64,000 nt of DNA from Raillietiella orientalis (taxonomy: Eukaryota), in assembly GCA_036172245.1 (NCBI GenBank), contig JAYWIR010000042.1, positions 186,001 to 250,000 on the forward strand. Reading direction: 5' to 3'. The notes under the pieces were generated by a model that did no database searches, was not told the DNA's origin, and worked only from the letters and a program-made list of their open reading frames with translations. Positions 50,100 to 62,569 of this stretch are shown here, piece by piece; position 1 is the first letter of the stretch, and every line of letters starts with the position of its first letter. The position numbers and the translations under genes were made by a program.

Positions 50100-51470
50100 G
50101 GGATGATAAAAATCCTCCTGGATTCTTCTGGATTCAGTACTTTCCTTCAAGCTTTTTTTTTTTGTTTCGCTTAGTGCTTCGCGCCTTAGGGGCCTTAGGG
50201 GCCACCTAAGAGGGTGGGGCTCACGAAGCTCTTTGACACCATCCACGTCGCCCGAGGGTGCGTGTGACCCTTCGAGTTATAGAGGATCCCTCCGGAGGGA
50301 CTACCTTATGTACTCAGGAAGGGCTCCGGAGGAAGGAGAGTCTGTTCCTCTCTCACGCATGGGAGGGAACCCCGAAGGGAATCCCTCGCCCTGGTTGTCT
50401 CCAGAAGGACCCCCGGAAGGAATGCCCCTTATTTCTTCTCCGAAGGGAGCCTGCAGGGGAACTGCTTCTTGTTTGCTCCTTTGAAGAGAACCCCGAGGGG
50501 ACGCTCCCCAATTTTTCTAAAGGGTAGCTCCCTTAAAGGAGCAGCGCACTTCTCCACACTCTGGAGAGGTATCGATCCATCACCAGCTCCCTGGTACGAG
50601 ATCGAGGGTCACTTCTGAGGAGAGGGACGGATCCATTTTCACAACCGGAGAGGAAACGCGAAGGGACCAAGCCGGTTCCTGATTCCTGGGAGGACCCCGG
50701 AGGGTCAACTTCCAATCTCGGAGACATCCGGTTTCCGGCTTCCACCAGTAGCCCCCGGTGCTCACGAACACCCGCACCCTCCCCTTGAATTAAGTGGCAG
50801 GAGCCGGTGTTGATGCTGCTGCACTGGGGTCTCCCGTGCAATGCCCGCCGGCATCAGGGACACGGGAGGGGGAGGGGTGGCTCCGAACTGTGCAAAGTGT
50901 GGGGAGCGGGAATCCCTCCCGCACCTCCTAGTAAACTGCGCTGCCCCCTGGCCCCTTTGGGGACGTTTTGCCACGACTCTTGGAACACCCGGCGGCAACG
51001 CCAGAGATTTTTTGAAGAGTCTCTTCCTGCGCGACGCCCTTACTCCGGCAGGTCTCATCCCCAGCAGCACTTTGCTGTCTATGCGGCGGGACCGTGGCTG
51101 CCAGAGGAGGCTCGAACGACAGAGACGCCCCCTACTTTACTGTCCTCTTCATGGGACAGCGTCAAGATGACCCCATCTGGGAGTCTTGAAACAGGCACTT
51201 GCCGGCATCCTTACATCCTTACAAGGATGCTGAGGGCACCCTCCAGCACTTGGTGATCCCTTCCCGAATCCTCCCATTTTCTAACAGTATGTTTTTTATT
51301 TTTTTATTTTTGTTTGTCTCCCCTTCCCCTGTGCTGCTGAAGCGAACCCCGCTGTCTTGCGTGCAGTTCCCGGCAGGTTCCATCTCTTAGTTATTAGTCA
51401 CGTGGCAGGATCAAATCCTGCCACAGACGTTGATTTTACTCTATGAATAAACGCCCTGGAGTGACCGGGT
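50100..51470 (+). mobile_element. Compact LINE-derived element: dispersed 5' module joined to an L1/Tx1 ORF2 C-terminal zinc finger and 3' UTR
   Basis: LLHWGLPCNARR...NCAKCGERESLPHLLVNC....LW is a CCHC zf-RVT motif; the 5' part matches the 5.8, 8.0 and 62.6 kb repeats; AATAAA at 51446. Confidence 0.75.
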
Positions 51471-52005
51471 GTCAACCAGTGCAGCACCCGAATAGGCCAA
51501 CCAGCGTCATCTTGCGGGTGGTGGGAGACTCGAAACCCTCGACAGCTGCCCCCTCATTTTTCGGCAATGATCCCTCACGGGTATTGGAACCCCCCGCAAG
51601 GGAACAACGCGCGGACACCGTAGCCACACGTACCGCATTTGTGGTCGTGCTGCCACGTGGACAACTGATGCCAAGAGATTTTTTTTATCAGGTCCGATCC
51701 ATGCCAGGGGTGTTGATGCAACCTTCATTTTACAACCCTTTCAGAGCCGAGTTCACACGACTGTCGGGCGAAACGGCGAAACAGCTGGAACGATCGCGCC
51801 TCTGCACGGGAAGCGCGTTGCAGAGGGCTCGAAGTTTAAGGAGCAAGCAGTACGCTGCTCCGCGATAAAGTTTTTTAGTGTCGGCCGCAGCGCGAGTGGT
51901 CCGAAGTGTGCGGCCGTGTCGGCGAGAGCGAAGGCGGGACCGCAAACATCCCTCGACACGGGCTGCTCGGAGGAAGGAACCGCCTGCGCTCTGGAAACAT
52001 ACCAG

Positions 52006-52332
52006 GCGCGGGGAAGCAGGGGAGCCGCGCTGCAGGCGAGGGGAATGCGGAACTCGTGGGAACACTCCGCTCTTCTCCGAGGACTCGCCGACCGACGCTG
52101 TTCAGTGGCGGCAGAGGGACGGAGGGATGTCGGTCCCGACAACCGGTGTCGCGTGGAAGGAGGGAGGCAAATGGGGTAGGAAGAGGCAATCCCTGCTGTC
52201 GGAGGTGCTCTTCGGTGGCAGCAGAGGGAAGAATGCTGAGCGCGGGAAAGGAAGGGAGCCGCGCCGCTCGCGAGGGGCATGCGGAACTCGTGGGAACACT
52301 CCGCTCCTCCCCGAGGACTCGCCGGCCGACGC
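52006..52332 (+). repeat. Direct repeat of ~93 bp with 234-bp period; spacer modules recur at 53591-53665
   Basis: GCGAGGGGMATGCGGAACTCGTGGGAACACTCCGCTC..GAGGACTCGCCG at 52006-52098 and 52240-52332. Confidence 0.9.
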
Positions 52333-55300
52333 CGGAGACGGCGTTTCTCTACGTGCGCACGGACACCTGAAACCCGAAACCCGAGCTCGCTCGGTTCGTA
52401 ATTACTGCACTCGAAATAGGTACACATCATTCGAGACCACATGCGGTCGTTACAAGCCAAATCTCATCTCTGAAGACTCTTGTAAACATTTTCGGAAAAA
52501 AATTCCTTTAAATTAGGTAAACATTACCTGAGCTGGGAACCATGAAAGTTTGCCTTTACAAACTATTTTCACGTATCTCTACTAGAAGAAGGGAGGCGGA
52601 GGGGGAGGGAAGTAGGTTCAGAGTGGCTTCGAATACGCAAATTCCGAGCGGAAATCTCCAGCGAACCCCGTACGTTTTTACCAAAATCCTCTCAGCACTC
52701 AGGAGAGTCTTGCTCTTTGGAAACCATGGGAACGTGCAGGAGGAACGTCGGCTCTTTTCGGACTGACCGAACGTGGAGGAGGAGGTTTTGCTTCTTTCGT
52801 TTCCCCCCCCTCAACACCCCAGGCACAATTTCTGAATCCTCGAAGAGTAGGGAACCACACAGGCATCCTCTTCCCATCGTCGCCTGGTGGAATACGAAAG
52901 CAATTACAAAATCTGACCGAGATCATCCATTCCGACTTCCGGACACCGCGCTCTGCGGGTGAAGCGAGCGAACGAAACGTCAGCAAGGAAAAATCTCTGC
53001 TAGGAGCGGGCATTAAAACCCGGAAGGACTGACATCCTTCACGCTAGCCTCTGCAAGATGCTATGGTTTCGACAGGCCTTCCCGGAAAATGACGGTAACC
53101 TCTCGCTGCCCCGAGACGCTGCCTGCAAGCTGACGACACGGCCCTCTTTCCATGACTCGGATAGCATCCTTAACGGATGCCAGAGTGAATGTGACTGCCC
53201 CGAAAAAACGAAAAAATAAAGAGAAAAAACAAAATCCGACGCGCTGTTTCAGGTCACGGAAACGAAGGGAACACGATATACCAGCACACGCACGCACTCA
53301 CGCACGCACGCACGCACGCACCCCTAGTGCTACCAATCCTCCATTTCGATTCGCTGAAACCCGCACCCTGTAGTCTCGCGTACTCTGGACTCTTCAAATA
53401 CCATTCCTACGCAGTTGGCTGAAATTAATGTAAACAACTTCTTCCGGGAAGGCATTAGGTGATTAAAGCGTGCCAGTCGGAAAGTCTGTGAATTCGCCGT
53501 GAGCAGCTTCTTTCTGGGGCGGTTGGTAACCGAGCCGAAAAGACGAACCGGAGAGCGGCCGGGCAGCGGAAGGTACCCCGAATAGGGAAAGAAGAGGCGA
53601 TCCCTGCTGCCGGAGGTGCTCTTCGGTAGCAGCAGAGGGACGGAGGGATGCCGCTCCCGAAAACCGTGGAGGCAAAAGGCCACCGGTTGGAGCGTCCTGT
53701 CTCTTTCGCCCCATTTTCGAGCAGCTGGTGTTGGTGGGGGCGTCAGGAAAGCGTCGGCACGGGACGCGAACGGTGAAGACTTTGTGCTGCCGGAAGCGAA
53801 GGGAGGGAAAGCGAGGAGGGGAGGCGTGCAGGATTCATCCGCGTGCACGCGACGAAAAGGGGATCTGCTGCTGCTGCTGCCGGCTTTCGCCCCGCTGGAT
53901 TCCGGCGGGATTGCCGCCGGGGGAAATACGCTCCGGGCAGTTGCGGGAAGTCCCGTTCCGAGGTGTGGACGGCATCCGTCGCAACTCTGAGCAAAATTGC
54001 GGGCGTGACTTTCCCGTTGTGGTGGTCCTTGCCCATGTTCTTCCGCGCTGCCGCAGACATCCGGAGAAGGGAACGGGGCTCTCGGGGGAACCGGGAAGGA
54101 TCGGATTTTCGCCTCCATCGATTCATTAAATGGAGCATCTTGGTCAATGCGATGGACCGGGGAGAGAGGCTCCTGACGGACAGGTTGCAGACTTGGCCAA
54201 CGCTTCTGCTTTTCATTTCCTCCAAGTAATGGAGCGTGCTGTGAACTCTCATCCGCTTTCCCCGGTCAGATATCCGGGAGTCCATCCATCCCTTGCACGG
54301 TGTGCATCTTGGCTCCTCGGAGCGGGCAGGGATGCTTTCCCTGGTGTTCCCGCTCTGCGGGAGAACCGGGGATGGTTCCTTCGTGCGCGCGCGTGTGCGG
54401 TTTTCGGGGGTTTGCGATTCGATCGTTCGTTTCGCGACTTGGCGCGTTGGAAAAGACCAAAGGGAGTCCAGACTTCCGGTTCCTTCTACCTCCCGTCGTC
54501 CCCTCCGCTGCTTGGATCGGAACCCTCCGCCGGAACGCTTCCGGATCCGAAGCCCAAGAGTCCTGCCGTACGGAATCAGCAGTCTCTCTTTTTCGTTCTT
54601 CCGTCACTCGCGCGCGTCAAGCGGGGGCATTCTGTGAATAAACCCAGCCAGCATGCACCACCCACCCACGCACCGAAATGCAAACTCGAATTTCTCTGTT
54701 CTCGAAAGAAGAAAGAAAAAAAAAAAAAAAAAGTGGGGGGGGGGGGGGGGGGAAAGGAAACGAGGAGAAAACACATGGCACTCCGAATTCCCGATCTCCT
54801 TTCCATCTGCGGACTCGCTCTTGGCTGCGAAAGATGCAGTTCGTATGCACGCCTTGCTCTCCCGTTCACGTGGTCGCTCGGGGAACCGTGGGGACTCGAG
54901 GAGCAAATAGAGGCGAAGAGCGTTATCTCAGCTGAAATGCTCTCATGGCACACCCAGTGATCCGTCCCATGCATGAAGTCAGGCTGGACGTGAGGCGGCT
55001 AACTGTCGGCGGGAGAGATATTTCATCCCGAAAAACGGGGAAAAAACGGGAAGGAGTTGGAGTGAAATCATAAAATAGGATTCCTCCCTCGACGTGCGTG
55101 TGCATTCATCATGCCCCTGGACAAGGTACAGGTGCGTACGAAGTGTACGTGTACATCGTCCGGCGTACCCCCGTCTTGCGCGCGCGCACCCGTGAGTGTA
55201 CGGCGCCGATTCATCACGCCCGGACCACGTGCACCCTTTCGAAGATCATGCGCTGCAGAGCTTCCCCCCGCCCCACCCCAGCGTTGCAGCATCTGCTAAT

Positions 55301-57899
55301 CCGAACTGCTCGTTCGTTGGCAACGGACGCTGCAATCTCCGTTCTTTCGCCCTCGTGCTCGCCGACCGCAGGTCATCTCGAACTTTCTGTGCAGTTTCGT
55401 TCTCGATATGCCAAATTACCAGGTGCCATTCGTCCCGATGCCCTGCTACTGACGGATAGGAGATGGAGAGTGGGAACACCGCCTTCGGGAAGCGGAGTCC
55501 CGTGGAAGACGCGCGCAGACTGGGGACCGGAATTTCCTTTTACCGGAATGGTCTTTCGTGCGTTCTGCTGCGAAAGACGCTGCTCACCATCTGCATCTCA
55601 CTGCTTCACGGTATTGATCCCTGATCTTCCTTTGTTCCGGGAAGGGAAATTTATTGAATAACTTTTGGAATCAATGGAGTGATTCGTATGAAGCGGGCAA
55701 ACATCTGGGAACAAGCTGGAAACTGCAAACATCAGGGTGTTACGAATCGCAGGTTACGATGCGAGATAAGGCTATGATCTTGATGTCGTCGCCAGAAGGA
55801 TCTACATAAAAACTAATAATGATTAAAAAAAAAAAAAAAAAAAGCAACGAAGGAAATGCACCGAGATGGATTAAGATATTTACCTTGCAACCCAGCTTCC
55901 TGAACCGAGGTTTGCGAGCGGATTTCCAATTTCGTATGATCGGTCTTTTGCAGCATCTGTTTTCATGCGATCCTTTCAAACCTTTCGGCCATTCTCTCGC
56001 TGCAGTTAACTGTTGAATGCACACTGACCAATCGCTGGCGGCCTTCAAAGCGGGGCGCACATGACCAATAGAGGCAGGATTAGAATGCGGGCAAATGAAT
56101 ACCCCTGCCGAACGAAAGAGAAGTTTAATTAAAAGTTACATTAAAAGGAAATCGCCTTCTTTGTTTAAAAAGTCACCGTCCTCTACAAAATAGCGACGAA
56201 TTAATACCAGATTTGATCCAGGATTGCGTTTATTTTTTCCCCTTTTAATCATCTGGGCTGGAACGATTGCATTTTCTAAGCCCATTTTTTCCGAAGCAGC
56301 TCTGCCACAACGTGGGCTCATTGATGGGTATCGATCAGCGCAGATCTTCAGAGGCGTCGTCGTGTGGTAAGGCAGCTTCCTCCGAGGAGCGTTTCGAGTC
56401 TTGGCTCCGAGATGCACTCGCCGTCGCGAGGGGCGCTCCGTCCGCCTGCTGGAAGCCGCCGCAGGGCTCATTTGAAAAGCACATCCAGCGGAGCAGAGAC
56501 TGCGCCACTTTTCTTTTCTTTTTTTTCCTTTCCTTCCCCTCTCGAAAGAGAGATAACAAAGAAACCGTGCCGAAGCACTCATTTGTGCAAAGCGGTGGAG
56601 AAGAAACGGGAAGTAACCTCTAAACCGCCGGCCGCCGCTCTGCAGGAACCGAAGGACGGTCCGTCGCGGGCGAAGATCTCACCGGAGAAAACTTTTTTTC
56701 CGGAAAAGCACATCATCTTCCGAGTGCGACGCACAAAGACCTTGGTGATAGAGCCCCACGGATCGCAAGCTGCGCGTGAATCGTTCGTTGTTGGAGTAAC
56801 AAGAGTGTTCGTGACACGGGAAGAAATATCGGAGGACTCCAGGGATGGGCCGAGGAAAATCACAATAGCTTTCTGAAACAGACCCCGGGTTTCGCTTTCT
56901 AGGGACCGTTCCCTCGCCTGTGCGGCACGTGGACCGAGATGCATCCTTTCGCTCTTCCCTCCTCCCCCGTTTCTTTTCACCTTCCCGAGGAAACGGAGGC
57001 GGCATTGAATGCGCGGGTGGTGATGGTTCGTTAAAGAAACTCAGCGGCGCTTCGATGCTGGAACATCTGGTTGGTGGGTTGCTCGTTTGTGTGTTCTTTC
57101 GTACATCGAACGGAAGGTCCTGATCTTCCTGCTCAGCTTGACCCCGATCCTCTGGGCGACGACGAGCTCGAGCACCTTGGTCACCTCGCCCTCTTAGAGG
57201 TCGCGTGCGAGCAGCATCTTACTCCTGTTGTAGAGATGGAATATGTCCGTCTTCATGGGATCCACGATCTCCTCCGGACAGCCGATGCACAGCTCTTGTC
57301 CTGGATGTAGCGGAAGACGTGCGGGTAGTCTGCGGTGACCACGTTGGAGACGCCACTCAGGTCCTCGAAGGATGCGTGGCGGGTGGGCATAACTGCTCCC
57401 ACTCCCGCGAATCCTCGTCCTTGGGAGCGCAGGCGCGGGGAGAGGAGAGGGGACTGGAAGAGGGTGAGCTCAGGGACGAGCACCGGGACCTCCTCGTCCT
57501 CGTTAGCGTGGTTCGACACCTTGGAAGTCTCACTCGCCACTCGCACTTCCCTCCTCGCACCCAGCAGGCAGCAGCATCGTCTGTGCCACGAATACAACAA
57601 GTTCAGCTGACTTGATCCATCGTATAAAGCGGAGAAGAAATAAACCAAAGAGCATTCGGGGAGGGGGGACAGAGAGATTTCGTCATGGATGGATTTTCGA
57701 CGGGATTCGCGTTGGCTGGATTTCTTTGAAGCCTATGTTGTTTACTCGCCGACGCGGGAATGTTCAGGGGGACGAATTCCATTTCTCTGTTGCGGACCGC
57801 CCGCTGGCTGCAGAAGCGCGGACTCGGAAGCAGAGATGCCCACGGTGATGTTCAAACTATAAAGGAAGTCTCGCCGGATTCCGATGGAGTGGAAGCGCA

Positions 57900-59650
57900 A
57901 TGGAACCGTACCGTGCCCCTCCGCAACGAAGGCCATCTCCAGCTGGAGGCCAGCATCCATAGGCGTGTACAGGCTGTGCGCCAAGTGCCTGGTCTCCAGA
58001 TTCACAAAATGGATCATGAGGGAAAGACGGGGTGACTGGCGCTCGACAGAAGGGCTTCCTACCCTTTGATGGGGTTCTTGAGCAGAACTTTGCTCCGCGG
58101 ACGCGACAGGACTTTTCGAACGGAAGCAGTGGGACCGCAGGACGCGCGTCACCGGCGGCTTCAGAGACAGCGCGGTCTCCATTCCGGAGACAAAAGTTGC
58201 GCATCCCTTTCGGCGGGTCGTCCAGCTTCGCAGGGAGGCGCGCGCAGGGGCGAGCGTCTGCGAGCGTTGCGTTCCCGCCCGAAGGTGGTCGTCCTCGGCC
58301 ACTGGATGCGCGCAGAAGGTTCCTCGGAGAACCTGCTGCGCGCCGGCTCCCCGCTGGGGCTCGGAAAAACGCGCCACGCGTTGTGCGGGAACGCGCTCGA
58401 GCGGAAACGACGAAGGCCCCAGGATTTCTTGCCGGACGGTTGCGGGAAGCCCTCACGCCTCCCAGGCCTGGACGGGATCCGCCGCACTTGCGCTGAAGAT
58501 TGCGGAGGCGGCTCTTGCAGCGTCGTGGTGGTTGCCCTTGCCGATGGCCGCCGCGGACGTCTGAGTACGGGGAACCGATAAGGACAATCGATGGAACTGG
58601 GGCCTAGATCTAGGAGCTGCCTCCCGTTCGGAAGTGCCTCTGGAGCCGCCCACGAGAGGGCGTCTTTTCGGAGGAGCAGCTCCTGGAATTCCCATTCGCT
58701 GACCACGTCGGACGTCCCTGGGATCAGGGCGTCAATGGTCAGGTTGCCGCCCTTGCAGGGTGTGAAGACCGGCGGGGGACCGGACGACCTTGTGGGAGCT
58801 CGGGATGCGGCGGTCCCACGTGGACGGACATCAGCTGCGCGGGCTTCTGGCTGGCGAGCGCATCCTGTCCATCCTGCCTCCGCAACCCAGAAAGGCCGAA
58901 CATCCCTTCGGCTCCTATCCGTGGACTGCTGCGGCTCCACCTACTTCTCTTCGCGTCAAAGTGGGAACGCTGCTCTCCCACGCCGCCGCCACCGCCTTCC
59001 CGCTCAGGATGTTGAGCGACTGGGAGGCGTCGTCGTGGGGAGAATCGAACTTTCGCCTCCACCGTTGCACCGAGCGCAGCATCCTCGCCATCGCGTTTCC
59101 TCGGAAGAGGGGAGGTCGGTCCTTGCAGGTCCCTTAGCGAGATCCTTGGAGTGAGGGAACCAGGAATTCCTTTACGGGGTAGGAACCCGCTGCTTCTGCT
59201 TTTCAGGCGCCACCTTTGCACCATCCTCCTCCTCATTCCAGGACCACAGCCCTCCCTAGCTCGCGACACCTCGAGCGGCTGTCCCTTCGTGACCAGGCGA
59301 CCGGAACACCTTCGTCTCTCCCCTTCGAGAGGTCGCGCCATGCAGATCCCGACCGCAACTCCTCTTCGGTGCAGGGGAGCAGCTTCTTCGGCTCGCTCCG
59401 CCTTGCTTGGTTCTTTGGCGCTTTCTCGCTGCGTGCCGAAGGTGGAGAGCGGACCAGGGACTTCCTGCGGACGTCGCGCGGACCGCGTGCGACCTTCCCG
59501 CCTACCCCCCACCATCCCCGCTGCAAAGACGGCTCTTCCTGCTGGGTGTGCACGCAAAGGGACGCCGACGCCTCTCTCTTCGCCGGCCTGGCTGCTCCCG
59601 GAAGTTCTATTTGGTTTCCTTTTACATCGGAAATCCATTATTAGCCTCCC
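57900..59650 (+). mobile_element. Decayed L1/Tx1-like ORF2 (RT core to zinc finger)
   Basis: SADATGLF (~YADDTTLF), GLHSGDKS (~GL.IN..KS), RFLGEP (~KYLG.P), LQGVKTGGGPDDL (~L..K..GGLG..DL) and SCWVC, in order. Confidence 0.5.
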
Positions 59651-60699
59651 TCCCCTCCTTCCCCATTCGCGCGCGGCTTTCATCTCCCCGGCTTCCGGTT
59701 TCATCCCGAATCTTCCGTGCCCTGCCGGCTCGCCCCGCGCCCCGCTTTCGTGTCCGGCGAGCTGCTATTCGCAGCCCTGCGGACCCCCAGCGGGCCCCTG
59801 GCGGCCGTGGAACCGCTCCGCGCCCTCGGCGGGACGCCTGTCGCCCCTCCCCTCCCCCTTCCTCTCTCCTGGCGCTTCCGCGCTCTCGGGCGCGCCCCGG
59901 TCTGAAGCGGACCACCTCCTGTAGGAGTGACCTCCGCGTCGCCCGGGAGAGAGCGCCGCCGCGGCTGCAGGAGGAAACGCATGCTTCCCGGCGCGGGCTC
60001 TGCGTTCCTTCGCTCCCTGTTAACGTCCCGCCTCCTGGTCGAGTGCGGTCATTACCTAAATGGCGCCGCGCCCAATTAGGATAATAATCCAATTTAAATC
60101 CAATTAGGCCCATTTGGGTTTCAGGAAGCGTCCCGTCTAATTGCAGGTTCCCAATTTCGTGGCGAAGTGCGAGGCGGGCAGGGGGTGTTTCCCACGGTTA
60201 CCTCCCATGGAAACGGAGTCCCGCGCTTACGGAACTCCCCGCGCGAAGGATCGAGGGCGCTGTTGGTGGGAAGGAGCTCATGTGCTTCCAGGCGTCCACC
60301 AGCTCGTCTCTTCCTCCCCTCTGGGTTCTCGGGAAGGCAAGGAACCTCTGAGGGATGGAAACTGGGAGGAGCTCCTTCTCTCCATCCCCTCCCCATCTCA
60401 CCGTAGACCTACGGAGAGGCGACACGCCTCCCTGTTTTCCGCCTGCTGCTCGCGATGATGCTGCTCTTGGCCGCCGCTTGGAGCGCGACTGGGGGAAGGA
60501 CGGAGAAGGGAAAGGAAAAAAAGGGGGGTCAGGAGGAGAGGCAGCCCACCCTGGAGGTGCATCGGTCCTCGATTGCTCTCGGACAGGTCAGAGCGCGCGC
60601 TCGGAGTAGCAGCCTTTCCCTGAAGGTCCGCTCGGAATGGGTCCCAGAGAGACGCAAAGGTGGCCAAAGAGGGCGCTGACTGTTAGCTCTCCCTCTCCC

Positions 60700-61500
60700 G
60701 CAAGGGGCACGGTAGATTTCCTCCAGCCAGGCCTGGAAGACATCCAAGCCTCCAGGGACTCTCTCTGCCGTCGTAGGGCAACTAGTCCCATAGGCCTCCC
60801 ATGACCTTAGCGACTGGAGTCCCCCGCCGCCTAGCCGGATCCCGGGCGTGCCTGCGCGGTCGCGTGGACCAGGAGAGATGGCACGTCTCTCCAGAGGGCG
60901 CGCGAGGATCCCCTCCTTCTGCTCTCGTCCGCTCCGCCTCCGGACCGGGAAAGGGGCGCAGGGAGGCGCCCCTTTTCTCTTCCCTTCCTCTTTCCCTGCC
61001 TTGTCATATCTTTGGACCGCGGGGTCAGGCGTCCGTGGGCTTTGCCCGGAGCGCGTGCGGGTCCGGAGGGCTTTACGCGCAGGGAGGGGGGATCTCACTG
61101 CTTGAGAGGTCGCTCGACCCTTCCTACACCCCCTCTCCCCGGAGTTCCCTCGCCCAAAACGGCTCCAGCAATGCTTGGGTCCTCTGGGTCGCCGCAAGAA
61201 CCGGTCCAGAGACGGAAGCGTCTCCAGGGCTCCAAACGGAACAGCAACCTCGCCGGTCCGCACGCTGCTATCTTCTGCCGCTACCTGGCGGACGCATTCT
61301 GTGAGTGGGACCACCGTGACGCGTCTTGCACTGGTCGGGTGCGGGCGGATGCCGACGGCGAGGTCAGAGGAGGAGGAGCAAATGGTACCACGAGCGGCAC
61401 TGTGGAGACGCGGAGCCGAGGGCTCCCAGTCCGAAGCCACCAGCAAGGCGACTCCCGGGGGTCTCTTCGAGCTGGTCGGCTCTCGCGCTCTCTTCCCGGT
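60700..61500 (+). mobile_element. Decayed L1/Tx1-like ORF2 fragment just downstream of the endonuclease
   Basis: RGPG...PSFC...W....VRGLC and IFCRYLADAF resemble L1-clade post-endonuclease motifs. Confidence 0.35.
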
Positions 61501-62569
61501 TCCTTTCGACCTCTTCAGAGAAGCCTCCGCGGAACCCGGGACCGGTGCGAGTTGAAGTGCGGTTGAAGGAGGAGAATCCAAAGCCCTGGATTGGTCGCGA
61601 GAGAGCGAGAGAGCCGAAATGGAGAGAAAAGGGGATGCAGGACGCGGCAGGAAGACCTACAGGGGATGGGTGAGGGAGAGGAAGACTCCGAGGACATTTG
61701 AGTCCGTCCACGGCAAGGAGCGTCCGGGAATGTACCGACCCAAAGCAGCAGCAGCGCCCGTTAGGCCAACACGGAAGGTTCCTTCCTTCTAGCACTTCCT
61801 TCTCCTATACCGCTGTGTTCGCGGTTTCCCTCCCTCGTTACCGTAGTTAACCCGACTTCTTCCCGGAGTCGCTCTCTCGTCTTCCGAGCCGCTGAGCCAA
61901 ACCTTTCCCTTTTTACTGGAAACGCAATCCTGGGTCCTTCTTGCACCTTGTGAACAGGTCGACCGTTATGTGAGGGTAGGTGGTAGGAGGGAAGACCCCA
62001 CGGTGCCTCCAGCTCGATCAAAGCTAAAGTGGGCCGCCCTGCTGGCGACCTTCCTACACAATCGTCGACGGCAGTCATTGCCGGGATGGTCGACGTGGAG
62101 GAGGAAAGCGTTTTCGCCATACCAAGGAGGCATTCGCAACCGCTTCGAGAGGAGTGATGCGCAATGGTCCGAACCGGAATGCAGGATGCAAGCGGCTCCT
62201 CAGGGCAACCGTGACCAGAACGAGCTCGAAGTCGGTGGCATCAGCACCCCCGTTCTCTCCCCCTCGCGTTTACCCCTGTCAGGACCACGCACGTCACCGT
62301 CATGCTATCCCATACCGTTCCCTGTTTATTTATTCATTCCCTGGCTTTCTCTGCCCTTCCTCAGCTCCCTCCCTAGCTCTGCCCCCAGTGAGGTTCTTCC
62401 CTTTCGTTCCAGGGCGGTCTCGCGTCGGTCCCTTCCTTGTTGCACGCATTTTACTTATTCATATTGGATAAAGGCGCGGACATCCGAGATGAAAAGGTCA
62501 TCAACCAAATCCTTCACTGTGCTCTTGCGCTATCCATTTCTTTTCATTTTTGGTTCCCAATGAGTGCTG

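Noticed and set aside
52006..52332. Repeat-spacer-repeat pattern as a CRISPR array
   Set aside because: Only two long units, no cas genes, eukaryotic context.
53743..54285. 180-aa minus-strand ORF
   Set aside because: No recognisable domain or supported splice structure.
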